A stretch of DNA of 64,000 nucleotides from an uncultured Verrucomicrobiae bacterium (GTDB taxonomy: Bacteria; Verrucomicrobiota; Verrucomicrobiia; Limisphaerales; UBA11358), in NCBI GenBank assembly GCA_963738175.1, contig CAVTVI010000011.1, positions 18,568 to 82,567 of the forward strand, written 5' to 3'. The notes beneath the pieces are model-generated. The model did not search any database, was not told the DNA's origin, and saw only the letters and a program-made list of their open reading frames with translations. How positions within the stretch are numbered: position 1 is the stretch's first letter; the number at the start of each line of letters is the position of its first letter. Positions 1 to 10,793 of this stretch are shown one piece after another. The translations under genes and the position numbers were made by a program.

Positions 1-1188
1 GACGGCTCATGTTTCCGATTTGCGACGAGCAGGGCACGGGTGATCGGTTTCAGCGGACGCATTCTGTCCGGCGACGAAAAAACGGCGAAGTATGTCAACT
101 CGCCGGAAACCGCGATTTTCACCAAGAGCAAAGTTTTCTTCGGCCTCGACAAATCCAAACGCGCGCTGCTCGACGCGCAATCCGCCATCGTCTGCGAAGG
201 CCAGTTGGATTTGATCGCGTGCTTCATGGCCGGCGTGCAGAACGTCGTCGCGCCGCAAGGCACGGCCTTCACCGACCAGCACGCGCGCATCATCAAGCGC
301 TACGTTGACGAAGTCGTTTTGTGTTTCGATTCCGACGAAGCCGGGCAAAACGCCGCCGTGCGTTCGCTCGATCATCTGCTCGCGTCCGGTCTGGCCGTGC
401 GCGTTGCGGTTGTGCCCGCGCCGCACGACCCGGACAGTTTCATCAAAAATTTCGGCGGTAAAGCGTTCCGAAAACTCGTCGAGAGCGCGGATGGTTTTTT
501 TGATTATTTTTTGAACCGCCTTTGCGCGCAAAACGACGCGGCCAGCGACAAAGGCCGGAACATCATTTTACGCGACATGGCCGAAGCCGTCCGCAAAACC
601 GGCAGCGCGGTGCTGGTTGACAAATACGCGCAGAAAGCCGCGTTGCGACTCGGTGTTTCACCGGAAGCCGTCCGCGCCGAGTTCAAAAAAATTCCGGCGG
701 CAAAAATCGCATCCGCTGAAAATGAAATTGAATCCGTCGCCGAAACCGAAATGCCGCGTCCGTCCGCGCACGAATTTCATCTGCTCAAACTTGTTTTGCT
801 GCACGACGAACTCGTCGCGTGGGCGGCGTTGCATCTGGACGTGAATTGGATTTTGCATCCGCTCGTGCGGCAAATCGTCTCGCAACGGCTCGCCGCGCAG
901 ACGAATGAGACGTGGCGGAATCTCGCCGCTTTTTTGGACGGGTGCGAATCGGCGGAAATGAAAAGTTTGATCACAGAAGTCGTCGCCGAAGACCGCAAAA
1001 TTCCCAACCCTGAAACGCAACTGGCCGACGTGACGCTGAAGTTGAGGAACCAATTTCTTGACCGCCAGATCGCCGCGCTCACGCAAAAGGCCGCGCAACC
1101 GGAAATTTCCGAGGCGGAAAAACTTGAGTCGTTGCGCGAACAGCAAAAATTGCGGGAACAAAAACGTTCACCGCTTTTCGGCAAATAA
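1..1188 (+). CDS. dnaG: DNA primase, C-terminal part (5' end lies outside the window)
   Basis: Frame 1 is open from base 1. TOPRIM motifs are present (IVCEGQLDLI, VLCFDSDEAGQNAA), followed by a helical C-terminal tail. Stop at 1186-1188. Confidence 0.9.
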   Translation, partial: DGSCFRFATSRARVIGFSGRILSGDEKTAKYVNSPETAIFTKSKVFFGLDKSKRALLDAQSAIVCEGQLDLIACFMAGVQNVVAPQGTAFTDQHARIIKRYVDEVVLCFDSDEAGQNAAVRSLDHLLASGLAVRVAVVPAPHDPDSFIKNFGGKAFRKLVESADGFFDYFLNRLCAQNDAASDKGRNIILRDMAEAVRKTGSAVLVDKYAQKAALRLGVSPEAVRAEFKKIPAAKIASAENEIESVAETEMPRPSAHEFHLLKLVLLHDELVAWAALHLDVNWILHPLVRQIVSQRLAAQTNETWRNLAAFLDGCESAEMKSLITEVVAEDRKIPNPETQLADVTLKLRNQFLDRQIAALTQKAAQPEISEAEKLESLREQQKLREQKRSPLFGK

Positions 1189-1253
1189 AAATCCGCAGAT
1201 TTCGCCGATTCCCGCAGATTGTTTTAATCCGCGTAATCCGCGCAATCTGCGGA
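1189..1253. repeat. Inverted repeat block (ATCCGCAGATT ... AATCTGCGGA) with 9-nt AATCCGCGN periodicity, between convergent genes
   Basis: Bases 1191-1201 are the reverse complement of 1243-1253. The internal units run AATCCGCGT AATCCGCGC AATCTGCGG. Confidence 0.6.
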
Positions 1254-1267
1254 AAACAAAATCGAAA

Positions 1268-1687
1268 TTACTTCGCGCCCTGGTCAATCCACGCGCGGAT
1301 CAATCCGATTTGTTCGGGCGTGAGCGGCTTGATGCCGGCCTTGTTTTGCAGCGGCGGCATCCAGGACATCGAGTCGGTGGTCGCGTGCGCAACGGCTTTG
1401 ATGATGAAACTGTCGGCGCTGTCGCCGGGCTTCACGATTTTGCCCTCCTTGGTGCCTTTGAGCACGCCGGCAAGCGTGTCCATGTGCAGGCGCGCCTTGG
1501 GCTTGTCGCCGCTGTGGCATTTGATGCATGAGGTGTCGAAAATCGGTTTGATGTCAGTGGCATAAGTCACGCCGGTCTTGGTCGAGGCGGGCGGCAGTGG
1601 TTTGGCGTCTTGGGCGGACGTAGCCACGGCAAAACTGACGGTCGCGGACAGCACGGCGAGCGTGATTTTGGTCGGATTCATTGTCAT
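1268..1687 (-). CDS. Secreted c-type cytochrome domain protein (planctomycete cytochrome C, PSCyt1-like)
   Basis: N-terminal signal peptide. CIKCH heme-binding motif within IKPIFDTSCIKCHSGDKPKA. C-terminal LTPEQIGLIRAWIDQGA is typical of this domain. Confidence 0.75.
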   Translation of the reverse strand: MTMNPTKITLAVLSATVSFAVATSAQDAKPLPPASTKTGVTYATDIKPIFDTSCIKCHSGDKPKARLHMDTLAGVLKGTKEGKIVKPGDSADSFIIKAVAHATTDSMSWMPPLQNKAGIKPLTPEQIGLIRAWIDQGAK

Positions 1688-1766
1688 TTTAAGGTCGGAA
1701 ATCGGTTTGGTTTTGTTTCAGTTGCCGGGTAAGACGCCATAAAGAGGCAAAAGGTTCAATAAAAAT

Positions 1767-2652
1767 TTGGCTCGGCGGACGCGGCTTGCGGTCGGCTCGC
1801 GGCTGCGCCAACCTTTGCGCGTGCAAAATGATTGTTTCTCCGATGCCGCGCTGGTCATTCTCGGCCACGGCACGGTTTTGAACGACCAGTCTGCCGCGCC
1901 GGTTTTCCTGCACGCGGCGGAATTGCGCCGCCGGAAAATTTTCGCCGAAGTCCGCGAGGCGTTCTGGAAACAGGAGCCGCAAATTAAAAAAGTTCTGGTG
2001 GAAATCACCGCGCCGCGGGTTTTCATCGCGCCATTTTTTATCAGCGAGGGCTATTTCAGCTCGCAAATCATCCCAAAAGAACTTGGTTTCGATTTCCCTG
2101 AAAACTTAAAACTAGAAACCCAAAATTCGGAACTGTTTTATTGCCGGCCCGTCGGTTCGCACGACAGCATGACCAAAGTCATTTTAGCGCGCGCGGACGA
2201 AGTTGTGAAAAAATTTCCGTTTCCGCGCGCGCCGAAAAAATCCGAAACGACGTTGTTCATCGCCGGCCACGGCACGGAGAAAAATGCTGGTTCGCGCAAG
2301 GCGATTGAGCGGCAGGCGGACTTGATCCGCGCGCAAAAAATTTATGCCGAAGTTCACGCGATTTTCCTCGAAGAATCGCCGCGCATTTCGGATTGCTATT
2401 CGCTGGCAAAAACCAAAAATTTGGTCATCGTGCCGTTTTTCATCAGCGACGGTTTGCACACGCAGGAAGACATTCCGGTTTTGCTGGGCGAGACAAAACA
2501 AATCGTGGAAGAAAGAATTGCGAGCGGCCAGCCGGCGTGGCGCAATCCGACCGAAAAGAACGGCAGGCTCGTCTGGTATTCGCCAGCCGTCGGCAGCGAT
2601 CCGCTGAATGGCCGACGTGATTTTGGAACGCGTGCGCGAGGCGGCGAAATAA
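1767..2652 (+). pseudogene. cbiX: Sirohydrochlorin chelatase CbiX-like (two-domain), with a 1-nt frame disruption near 2607
   Basis: VILGHGT and IAGHGTE chelatase halves are present. After DPL the frame runs on into the next gene. The +1 frame reads MADVILERVREAAK-stop (2650-2652), a typical CbiX C-terminus. The start is uncertain (TTG 1767 or GTG 1821). Confidence 0.7.
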
Positions 2653-2655
2653 TTT

Positions 2656-3732
2656 ATGAAAAAACTGCGAATTGGTTTCTTGAGCACCGCCGGCATCGGC
2701 AAGAAAAACTGGAAGGCGATTTTTCATTCCGGCAACTGCGTCGTTTCCGCCGTCGCCAGCCGCGATGTGAAGAAAAGCCGTAAATTCATTGATGAATGCC
2801 AGCGCGAATTTGCGTTCCCTGAAACGCCGCTCGCTTTCGGCAGTTACGAAGAATTGCTCGCGTCAAAAAATGTGGACGCGATTTACATTCCATTGCCGAC
2901 AGCTTTGCGGAAGAAATTTGTGATTCAGGCCGCGCAAAATGGCAAGCATGTTCTCTGCGAAAAACCGTGCGCGAGCAATTCCGCCGAACTTGAAGAAATG
3001 ATTTCCGCGTGCAAAAAAAATCGTGTGCAATTTCTGGACGGCGTCATGTTCATGCACAGCCCGCGCATGGAAAAAATCCGCGAGGTTTTGGACGACAATA
3101 AAAATGTCGGTGAAATCCGGCGCATTTCTTCCGCCTTCAGTTTTTATCCCGGCGAAGATTTTTTTCAAAACAACATCCGCGCGAATGGCGCGCTTGAACC
3201 TGCCGGCTGTCTCGGTGATCTCGGCTGGTATTCGATTCGTTTTGCGCTCTGGACTTTGAACTGGCAACTGCCAAAAACCGTCACCGCCAAAATCCTTTCG
3301 CAATCGGAGAATCTGCCGGATCGTCCGTCCGCGCCGACGGAATTTTCCGCCGAACTGCTTTTCGGCAACAACGTCTCGGTTGAATTTTACTGTTCCTTTC
3401 TCGCCGCGAAACAGCAATGGGTTCACGTCAGCGGCCAAAAAGGCTGGTTGCGCCTGCCGGATTTTGTCCATCCGTTCAACAGCTACGAACCGGCGTTTGA
3501 AGTGAATGAAAAATTCGTCACCGTTGCCAGCGACGTGAGATGTCCGCCCGGTGTTGACCCGATGATTCAAGGCCACGCGACGGCGCACGATGCGCGGATG
3601 TGGCGCAATTTTGCGGACCAGGTTTTTTCCGGCAAACTGAACGACGACTGGCCGATGTGGTCTGCGAAAACACAAAAAGTTCTGGACGCCTGCCATGAAG
3701 CCGCGCGGCGCGGCGCAGCCGTTAAATTGTGA
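2656..3732 (+). CDS. Gfo/Idh/MocA family oxidoreductase
   Basis: N-terminal Rossmann motif (KLRIGFLSTAGIGKKN) and an EKP motif (HVLCEKPCA). Length is 358 aa. Confidence 0.85.
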   Translation: MKKLRIGFLSTAGIGKKNWKAIFHSGNCVVSAVASRDVKKSRKFIDECQREFAFPETPLAFGSYEELLASKNVDAIYIPLPTALRKKFVIQAAQNGKHVLCEKPCASNSAELEEMISACKKNRVQFLDGVMFMHSPRMEKIREVLDDNKNVGEIRRISSAFSFYPGEDFFQNNIRANGALEPAGCLGDLGWYSIRFALWTLNWQLPKTVTAKILSQSENLPDRPSAPTEFSAELLFGNNVSVEFYCSFLAAKQQWVHVSGQKGWLRLPDFVHPFNSYEPAFEVNEKFVTVASDVRCPPGVDPMIQGHATAHDARMWRNFADQVFSGKLNDDWPMWSAKTQKVLDACHEAARRGAAVKL

Positions 3733-3792
3733 ATGGTTTAATCGTTGAATCGGCCCGCAGTTCACGATTTAACATTTAACAATTCAACAAAT
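3732..3792. repeat. CAACGATT-type short-period repeat block (shares a 23-nt core with 6063-6085)
   Basis: GAATGGTTTAATCGTTGAATCGG at 3732-3754 matches GAATGGTTGAATCGTTCAATCGG at 6063-6085. Confidence 0.6.
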
Positions 3793-3809
3793 CTCGCTAT
3801 TCTCCGCCC

Positions 3810-4695
3810 GTGCCGTTCCAGAAAATCACCATTATCGGCGTCGGCCTGCTCGGCGGCTCCATCGGGCTGGCCGCAAAAAAACGCCGCCTCGCACGCGAAG
3901 TCGCGGGCTTCGTGCGCCGTGCGACGAGCCTGAAAGATTGTGAGAAAGCTGGTGCCGTTGATTTTGCCACGACCGATTTGCTCGCTCGCCGTTTCCAATT
4001 CTGATTTAGTCATTCTTTGCACGCCGCTCGCGCAAATGCGTTCGCTCGCAGAACAATTTCTGCCTGCGCTCAAACGCGGCGCGATTGTCACCGATGTCGG
4101 CAGCGTGAAAGCTGGTGTCGTCCGCGAACTGGAATCGCTCATCCAAAAATCCGGCGCGCATTTTGTCGGCAGCCATCCGATGGCTGGCGCGGAAAAAACC
4201 GGCGTCGCCGCTGCGCGCGAAAACCTGTTTGAAAACGCCGTTTGCGTTCTGACGCCGACCAAAAAGTCCAACGCGAACACCGTCCGCAAACTGGAACAAT
4301 TCTGGAAATCGCTCGGCGCGCGCGTTTTGAAACTGGACGCCGCGCAACACGATTTGCTCGTCAGCCGCACCAGCCATTTGCCGCACGTCGTCGCGGCGAC
4401 GCTGGCGAATCTGGTATTGAACCCGGCGCATCCACCCGCGCAGGCCGCGCTTTGCGCCAATGGTTTCCGCGACACGACGCGCATCGCGTCCGGCTCGCCG
4501 GAAATGTGGCGCGACATTGCGTTGGCCAATCGGAAAAACATTTCGCGTTCGCTGGATGCTTTTATTTCCGATTTGCAAAAATTCCAGCGCACCTTGAAAA
4601 AGTCCGATGCAAAAGCCGTTTCAAAATTTTTCGCGACGGCAAAATCACGCCGCGACAACTGGTGCGCGAGTTCAGCTTCAACTTCGTCGGAATAA
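3810..4695 (+). pseudogene. tyrA: Prephenate dehydrogenase with a frameshift near 3984
   Basis: The N-terminus ITIIGVGLLGGSIGLAA (3810 frame) stops at 4004. The rest (DLVILCTPL, VTDVGSVK, GSHPMAG) continues in the +1 frame to 4695. Confidence 0.8.
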
Positions 4696-6048
4696 TGGCG
4701 CTTCCCGAACTCATCGAAATCGTTCCGCTCGACAAACCCGTGCGCGCGGAGATCACCGTGCCCGGCTCGAAGAGCATCACGAACCGCGCGCTGATTCTCG
4801 CCGCGCTCGCGGACGGCGAAGTCACGCTCACCGGCGCGCTGTGGAGCGAGGACACGCAGATCATGGTCGAGTGTCTGCAGAAACTGGGATTTGAGATTCG
4901 CGTCGAAAATGACCCGGAAGAATTCTGCAATCGCACCATCACGGTCAAGGGTCTTGGCGGAAAAATTCCGAACGCGGGAACGATTGAAAAACCGCTGGAA
5001 CTTTTTGTCGGCAATGCGGGGACGGCGGCGCGATTTTTGTCGGCGTTCGTTTGTCTGGGAAATGGCGTTTATCGTTTGAGCGGCGTGGCGCGGATGCACG
5101 AACGTCCGCAGGCGGCGTTGTTTTCGGCGTTGCGCGAATTAGGTTATCGCGTCGAATCGGAAAATGATAAGTTGCCGGTGAAAATTTTTGGCGAGGTAGG
5201 GTCGGCGCGCTGCGCCGACAGGACGCCGCAGCGCGGCGTCCCTATCAAGTCATGCAAAGTGAGCATCGAAGAAAGTTCGCAGTTTGCGTCGGCGCTGTTG
5301 CTTTGTGCGAAGGTTGGGAATTGGAAAGTTGAAGTCGTTGGCGAGAACGCGGAGGAATCGCCTTATGTGGCGATGACTTTGAAATTGATTGAAGCGTTTC
5401 CGAAAAATGGCGGAACTTTTCAAATCGAGCCGGATGCGAGCAGCGGAAGTTATTTTTGGTCGAGCGAATAGTTTGTTGAAACTTGGTTTCCAAAAACAAA
5501 GCCGACAGCAAATTTCTATTTGAAACATTGGCCGGAATCTGGATGGCAAGTTGACGAAATGTTCAGAGATTCATTTCAAAAAATTGTCTCAGGCAACTGG
5601 CTGGAAGTTTCTCGCAAAGAAGATTTAGGTGACAGTATAATGACAGCAATTGTTCTGTCGCCACTTGTAGTCAGGACTCAAAACAATTTCACTCACCTTG
5701 GTCGCTTACGCGTCCAAGAATGTGAGCGAGTCATTGCGTTGCAAACTGAGTTGACAAAATGCGGTGCCAAAGTTGATTGAAGAAGGCGATACACTTGACG
5801 GTCTATCCGTCGCAAGCTTCACGGCGCAGAGATCGAAACCTACAACGATCATCGCATGGCGATGTGTTTCGCGATTTTGGATTGAAAGTGTCCCGGCATA
5901 AAAATTAAAAATCCCGCTTGCGTGAAGAAGACATTTCCCGAATTTTTTCCAAAAGCTGGCTGCGTCGCCGCCACATGGCTTGGGCGCGGAGATTTTGGAT
6001 GTGAAGTCGGGTAGAAAATTAACGCACGAGGAATTATTTGCGGAATGA
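4695..6048 (+). pseudogene. aroA: 3-phosphoshikimate 1-carboxyvinyltransferase (EPSP synthase), multiply disrupted in its 3' third
   Basis: PGSKSITNRALILAAL and GNAGTAARFL motifs are present. There is an in-frame TAG at 5469-5471. The same frame then resumes (WPESGWQVD, GDSIMTAIVL, LRVQECERV). At least 5 further indels lie between 5779 and 5940. The conserved tail (HGAEIETYNDHRMAMCFA, KNPACVKKTFP, ELFAE-stop at 6046-6048) is spread over three frames. Confidence 0.85.
5196..5244. repeat. GC-rich double-hairpin element lying in frame inside aroA
   Basis: GTCGGCGCGCTGCGCCGAC and GGACGCCGCAGCGCGGCGTCC are flanked by TAGGG/CCCTA. It encodes VGSARCADRTPQRGVPI. Related hairpins occur at 49148-49207. 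Confidence 0.65.
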
Positions 6049-6062
6049 GGCGCGTTGAATCT

Positions 6063-6130
6063 GAATGGTTGAATCGTTCAATCGGTTCCGATTCAACGAT
6101 TCACGGTGTAACGATGCAACGATTTAACAT
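6063..6130. repeat. CAACGATT-type repeat block with hairpin potential
   Basis: GTTGAATCGTTCAATCGG / CCGATTCAACGATTCAC form an imperfect inverted pair. TTCACGGTGTAACGATGCAACGATTTAAC matches the reverse complement of 54359-54378. Confidence 0.6.
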
Positions 6131-6812
6131 TTGAAAGATTCACGACATTTGAAACATCCGATTGTCATTGCGATTGACGGCACGAGCGCGAGCGGCAAGA
6201 GCACGAACGCGAAGCTCGTGGCGAAGGCGCTCGGCTACGTTTACGTGGACACGGGCGCGATGTATCGCACGCTGGCGTGGCATTGCCTGCAAAAGCGCGT
6301 GGATGATCCACGATGCAAAGACCGTCGCCGCGCTTTGCCGCAGATGGAAAACGAAACTGGAGTGCGTCGAGAAAAATGGTTTGCGCGCCGTGCATCTGCT
6401 CGTGGACGGTTATTTTCCTGAAAAAGAAATCCGCACGCCGGAGACCGCCGCCGCCGTCGCGCACGTCGCCGCGATTCCGAAGGTGCGCGATTGGATGAAA
6501 AAAACGCAGCGCGACTGCATCCAGTTCGGCGATCTCGTGATGGAAGGGCGCGACATCGGCACGAATGTTTTCCCCGAAACGGATTTCAAATTTTACTTGG
6601 ATGCAAAATTGGAAGAACGTTCCGCGCGCCGCGCGGCCGACGGTGTTCAGGAAAATCTCGCCGCGCGCGATTTGCGCGACAGCCAGCGCGCCGTCGCGCC
6701 GCTGATGATTGCGCTCGGCGCGAAGGTCATCAACAACTCGCACATGACTTCCGAGCAGACGAGCGGTTTGCTTTTGGCGGAAATCCAAAAACAACTTTCA
6801 GGGAAAAAATGA
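6131..6812 (+). pseudogene. cmk: Cytidylate kinase with a frameshift near 6305
   Basis: The P-loop [13 protein letters not shown] and VDTGAMYR lie in the first frame. DAKTVAAL...MEGRDIGTNVFP...KFYLDA continues in the +1 frame to 6812. Start is TTG 6131 or TTG 6149. Confidence 0.85.
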
Positions 6813-6883
6813 ACCACCAAGACACCAAGGCACAAAGAAAATTTTTCTTTTCAAAAAGCTGGTGTCTTCGTGTCTTGGTGGTT
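6812..6883. repeat. Long hairpin repeat (AACCACCAAGACAC... / ...GTGTCTTGGTGGTT) with 8-nt CACCAAGR periodicity
   Basis: The arms at 6812-6833 and 6861-6883 are reverse complements (14 perfect bp at the base). The loop is AT-rich. Confidence 0.65.
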
Positions 6884-6888
6884 GAAAA

Positions 6889-7527
6889 ATGAATTTAAGT
6901 TACAGACTTGGCTGGACTTGTTTCCGCGCGATGTTCGCGGTTTATTTCCGCTGGAGCGTTTTCAATCCAGAGCGTGTGCCGCAGACGGGCGGCGTGATTC
7001 TGGCCTCGAACCACGCGAGTTTTCTCGATCCGCCGCTGGTCGGTTCGGGTCTGAAGCGCGACATCAATTATCTGGCGCGCGAAAGTTTGTTCCGTTTTCC
7101 GGGGATTGGCGCGCTGCTGCGTTCGTGGAATTCCGTTCCCGTGGATCGTGAGGGCGGCGGCGCGGCGGGCTTGCGAGAAATCCTGAACCGGCTGCTGGCG
7201 GGCGGCGGCATCATTTTATTCCCAGAAGGCACGCGGACGACGGATGGCAAATTGCAACCGGCGCGCTCGGGCATCGGACTCACCGTGATCAAATCCAACG
7301 TGCCGGTGGTTCCGGTGCGGACATTTGGAACATTCGAGGCATTCGGGCGAAATCATAAATTTCCGCGCCCGAAAAAAGTTTCCGTGAAATACGGCGAGCC
7401 GATGCGTTTTGAAAAATTGCGCGCGGAGGCGAAGGTTTGTTCCAAGCCGAGATTAAAAGAAATTTATCAGGAAGTGGCCGATGAAATCATGGCGGCGATT
7501 GCGAAGCTGGAGCCGAAAGCGGATTAA
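6889..7527 (+). CDS. plsC: 1-acyl-sn-glycerol-3-phosphate acyltransferase
   Basis: Acyltransferase motifs NHASFLDP and FPEGTRT are present. Confidence 0.85.
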   Translation: MNLSYRLGWTCFRAMFAVYFRWSVFNPERVPQTGGVILASNHASFLDPPLVGSGLKRDINYLARESLFRFPGIGALLRSWNSVPVDREGGGAAGLREILNRLLAGGGIILFPEGTRTTDGKLQPARSGIGLTVIKSNVPVVPVRTFGTFEAFGRNHKFPRPKKVSVKYGEPMRFEKLRAEAKVCSKPRLKEIYQEVADEIMAAIAKLEPKAD

Positions 7528-7856
7528 ATCCCCAGGTTCGACAGCGTGTTGCTGATGCTGTTGACGATCTGGACGAGTTTGGGATGCGATTGCTCGAAGC
7601 CGCCCACCGACGAACGCAAACCTTTCAGCGAAAGTTCGAGCGACTCCGCATTTTGCTTTTCACGGATGGCCTCGTGCGCGGAGGTTTGCGCGAAGTTGGC
7701 GATGCTGCTGGCCTGTTCGTCGTGCGTCTTGGCGAGCGTGCCGACTTCGGATTTCAGCGTGCCAAGCAACTGGAGCAGCTCGCGTTTGCGCTCGTCGCTG
7801 ATGGAACTCGACCCGTGGATTTTCGCCTCAATTTCGCCAATCGTGTTTTCGATCAT
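7524..7856 (-). CDS. DUF4404-like small helical protein
   Basis: ATG at 7856 gives MIENTIGEIEAKI... (110 aa). The longer ORF to 7964 would overlap tmk. Confidence 0.55.
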   Translation of the reverse strand: MIENTIGEIEAKIHGSSSISDERKRELLQLLGTLKSEVGTLAKTHDEQASSIANFAQTSAHEAIREKQNAESLELSLKGLRSSVGGFEQSHPKLVQIVNSISNTLSNLGI

Positions 7857-7896
7857 GTGGTAAAAGTATTCGTTGTGGGAAATTCGGCAAGTGCGT

Positions 7897-8549
7897 TCAC
7901 CAACGCCCGGCTTTCGGCAAAACTGGATTAACGAGTTCCCAAATTTTTGCGAAAGTATTTTCAACCGAACTTGAACCGTTCACGATATGAACCCGATCCG
8001 GTTCGGCGTCGGCAATCGCCTGATAACCTTCGGCCACACGCGCAAAAAATTTTTGATCCGCTTCTTCAATCCGGTCACGCGCGAAGGGCAGCGTGGACTG
8101 GCGCGAACGAAGACGCTCGGCGCTGACTTCCGGCGGCACTTGCAGCAGCAAGGTCAGGTTCGGTCGCGTGTCGCCGACGGCGATGTCAATCACGGCTTGA
8201 ACCATCTTCAAATTCAATTGCCGACCGTGACCTTGATACGCAACGGTTGAATCGAAAAAACGGTCGCACAAAATGATTTCCCCGACGACAAGGGCGGGGC
8301 GGATGATTTCGCGGACGAGTTGCGCGCGGCTGGCGTTCATCAAAAGCAATTCCGCCTCGGCGGTCATCGCGTGATTTTGCTGGCTGTGCTTGAGCGTGTG
8401 GCGAATTTCCTCGCCGATGGGCGTGCCGCCCGGCTCGCGCAACACGCGCACGCGATGGCCGAGCGCGCCAAGCTGCCGCGCGAGCAATTCCACCTGCGTG
8501 GATTTGCCGCAGCCTTCCGTGCCTTCGAAGGTGATGAAAAGACCTTTGC

Positions 8550-8553
<4 letters not shown>
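7897..8553 (-). CDS. tmk: dTMP kinase
   Basis: FITFEGTEGCGKST P-loop and REPGGT motif are present. Confidence 0.9.
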
Positions 8554-9968
<1,415 letters not shown>

Positions 9969-10120
9969 TGGCAGCGCGCAAGTTAAGGTGCGGCGCGCGA
10001 AAGCAAAAGGGGAAATTTATTTACGGTCGCGCGAAGTGGTGAAGGAACTTTGCAGCTTATCCTTTGGCCGAAAACCTGAAATGGCACCATGCGAGTTCTG
10101 CCAACGCCGCAGGCGATGTT

Positions 10121-10690
10121 TTATTTTGTCGCCGGTTTTTTGGCGACGGTGACCGCCGCCGGGCGCAGCAGTCGTTCGCGAAATTTGTAGCCCTTGCGGA
10201 GTTGCTGGGTGATGTGGCCTTCCGGCGTGCCGTCGGTTTCTTGTTGCGAAACCGCTTCGTGAAAAGTCGGGTCAAACGGCTTGCCGGCGGCGTCAATCTC
10301 TTCAAGCCCGGCGTCAACGAGGATGCTTTTGAGCTGCTGCTGGATCATGGCGATGCCGGTTTGCAGCGCCGCGAGCTTGTCGCCTTGCGCGGTTTGCGCG
10401 GCGGCCTGCGCCATTTCAAAATTATCCAGGACGGGCAGGAGTTTTTGGAGCAGGGCGGCGCTGGCGGCCTGGCCCGACTCGGTGCGTTCGCGGGCGGCGC
10501 GTTTCTTGAAATTTTCAAAATCGGCGGCGGTGCGCACCCAGTTGTCCTTATATTCCTCGGCTTTGGCAGCAAGCGACTGAAGTTCGGCCAGTTGCTCCGG
10601 GGTGAGTTCGGCGGCGGACGCTTCGGCTTGGGTCGTGTCAAAAGGTTCTTCGTTCATGCAAATAATTTCGGCAAATTTTTTCAGCACCAC
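10121..10690 (-). CDS. grpE: Nucleotide exchange factor GrpE
   Basis: WVRTAADFENFKKR and GKPFDPTFHEAV motifs are present. The start may instead be ATG 10657. Confidence 0.9.
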   Translation of the reverse strand: MVLKKFAEIICMNEEPFDTTQAEASAAELTPEQLAELQSLAAKAEEYKDNWVRTAADFENFKKRAARERTESGQAASAALLQKLLPVLDNFEMAQAAAQTAQGDKLAALQTGIAMIQQQLKSILVDAGLEEIDAAGKPFDPTFHEAVSQQETDGTPEGHITQQLRKGYKFRERLLRPAAVTVAKKPATK

Positions 10691-10793
10691 AGTTTAATGA
10701 ATTTGGAAAGATTCGCAACCGTGTTGTGTGGTGAGTTCAATTGTAAAATTTTTCATCGCCACTCGTGCCTGGGCTTATTAGTGTGCATTTGAA

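Noticed and set aside
5469-5471. In-frame TAG in aroA considered as programmed recoding (pyrrolysine or readthrough).
   Set aside because: There are no pyl genes or other recoding context. The same gene has multiple additional frameshifts downstream, so disruption or sequence error is the simpler explanation.
10082-10101. TGGCAC motif between cysS and grpE considered as a sigma-54 promoter.
   Set aside because: The downstream GC dinucleotide is not at the required spacing; TGC occurs 5 nt too early and 4 nt too late. The site also faces away from any gene start.
10691-10793. CIRCE (HrcA) operator upstream of grpE.
   Set aside because: No TTAGCACTC-N9-GAGTGCTAA-like inverted repeat is present in the spacer.
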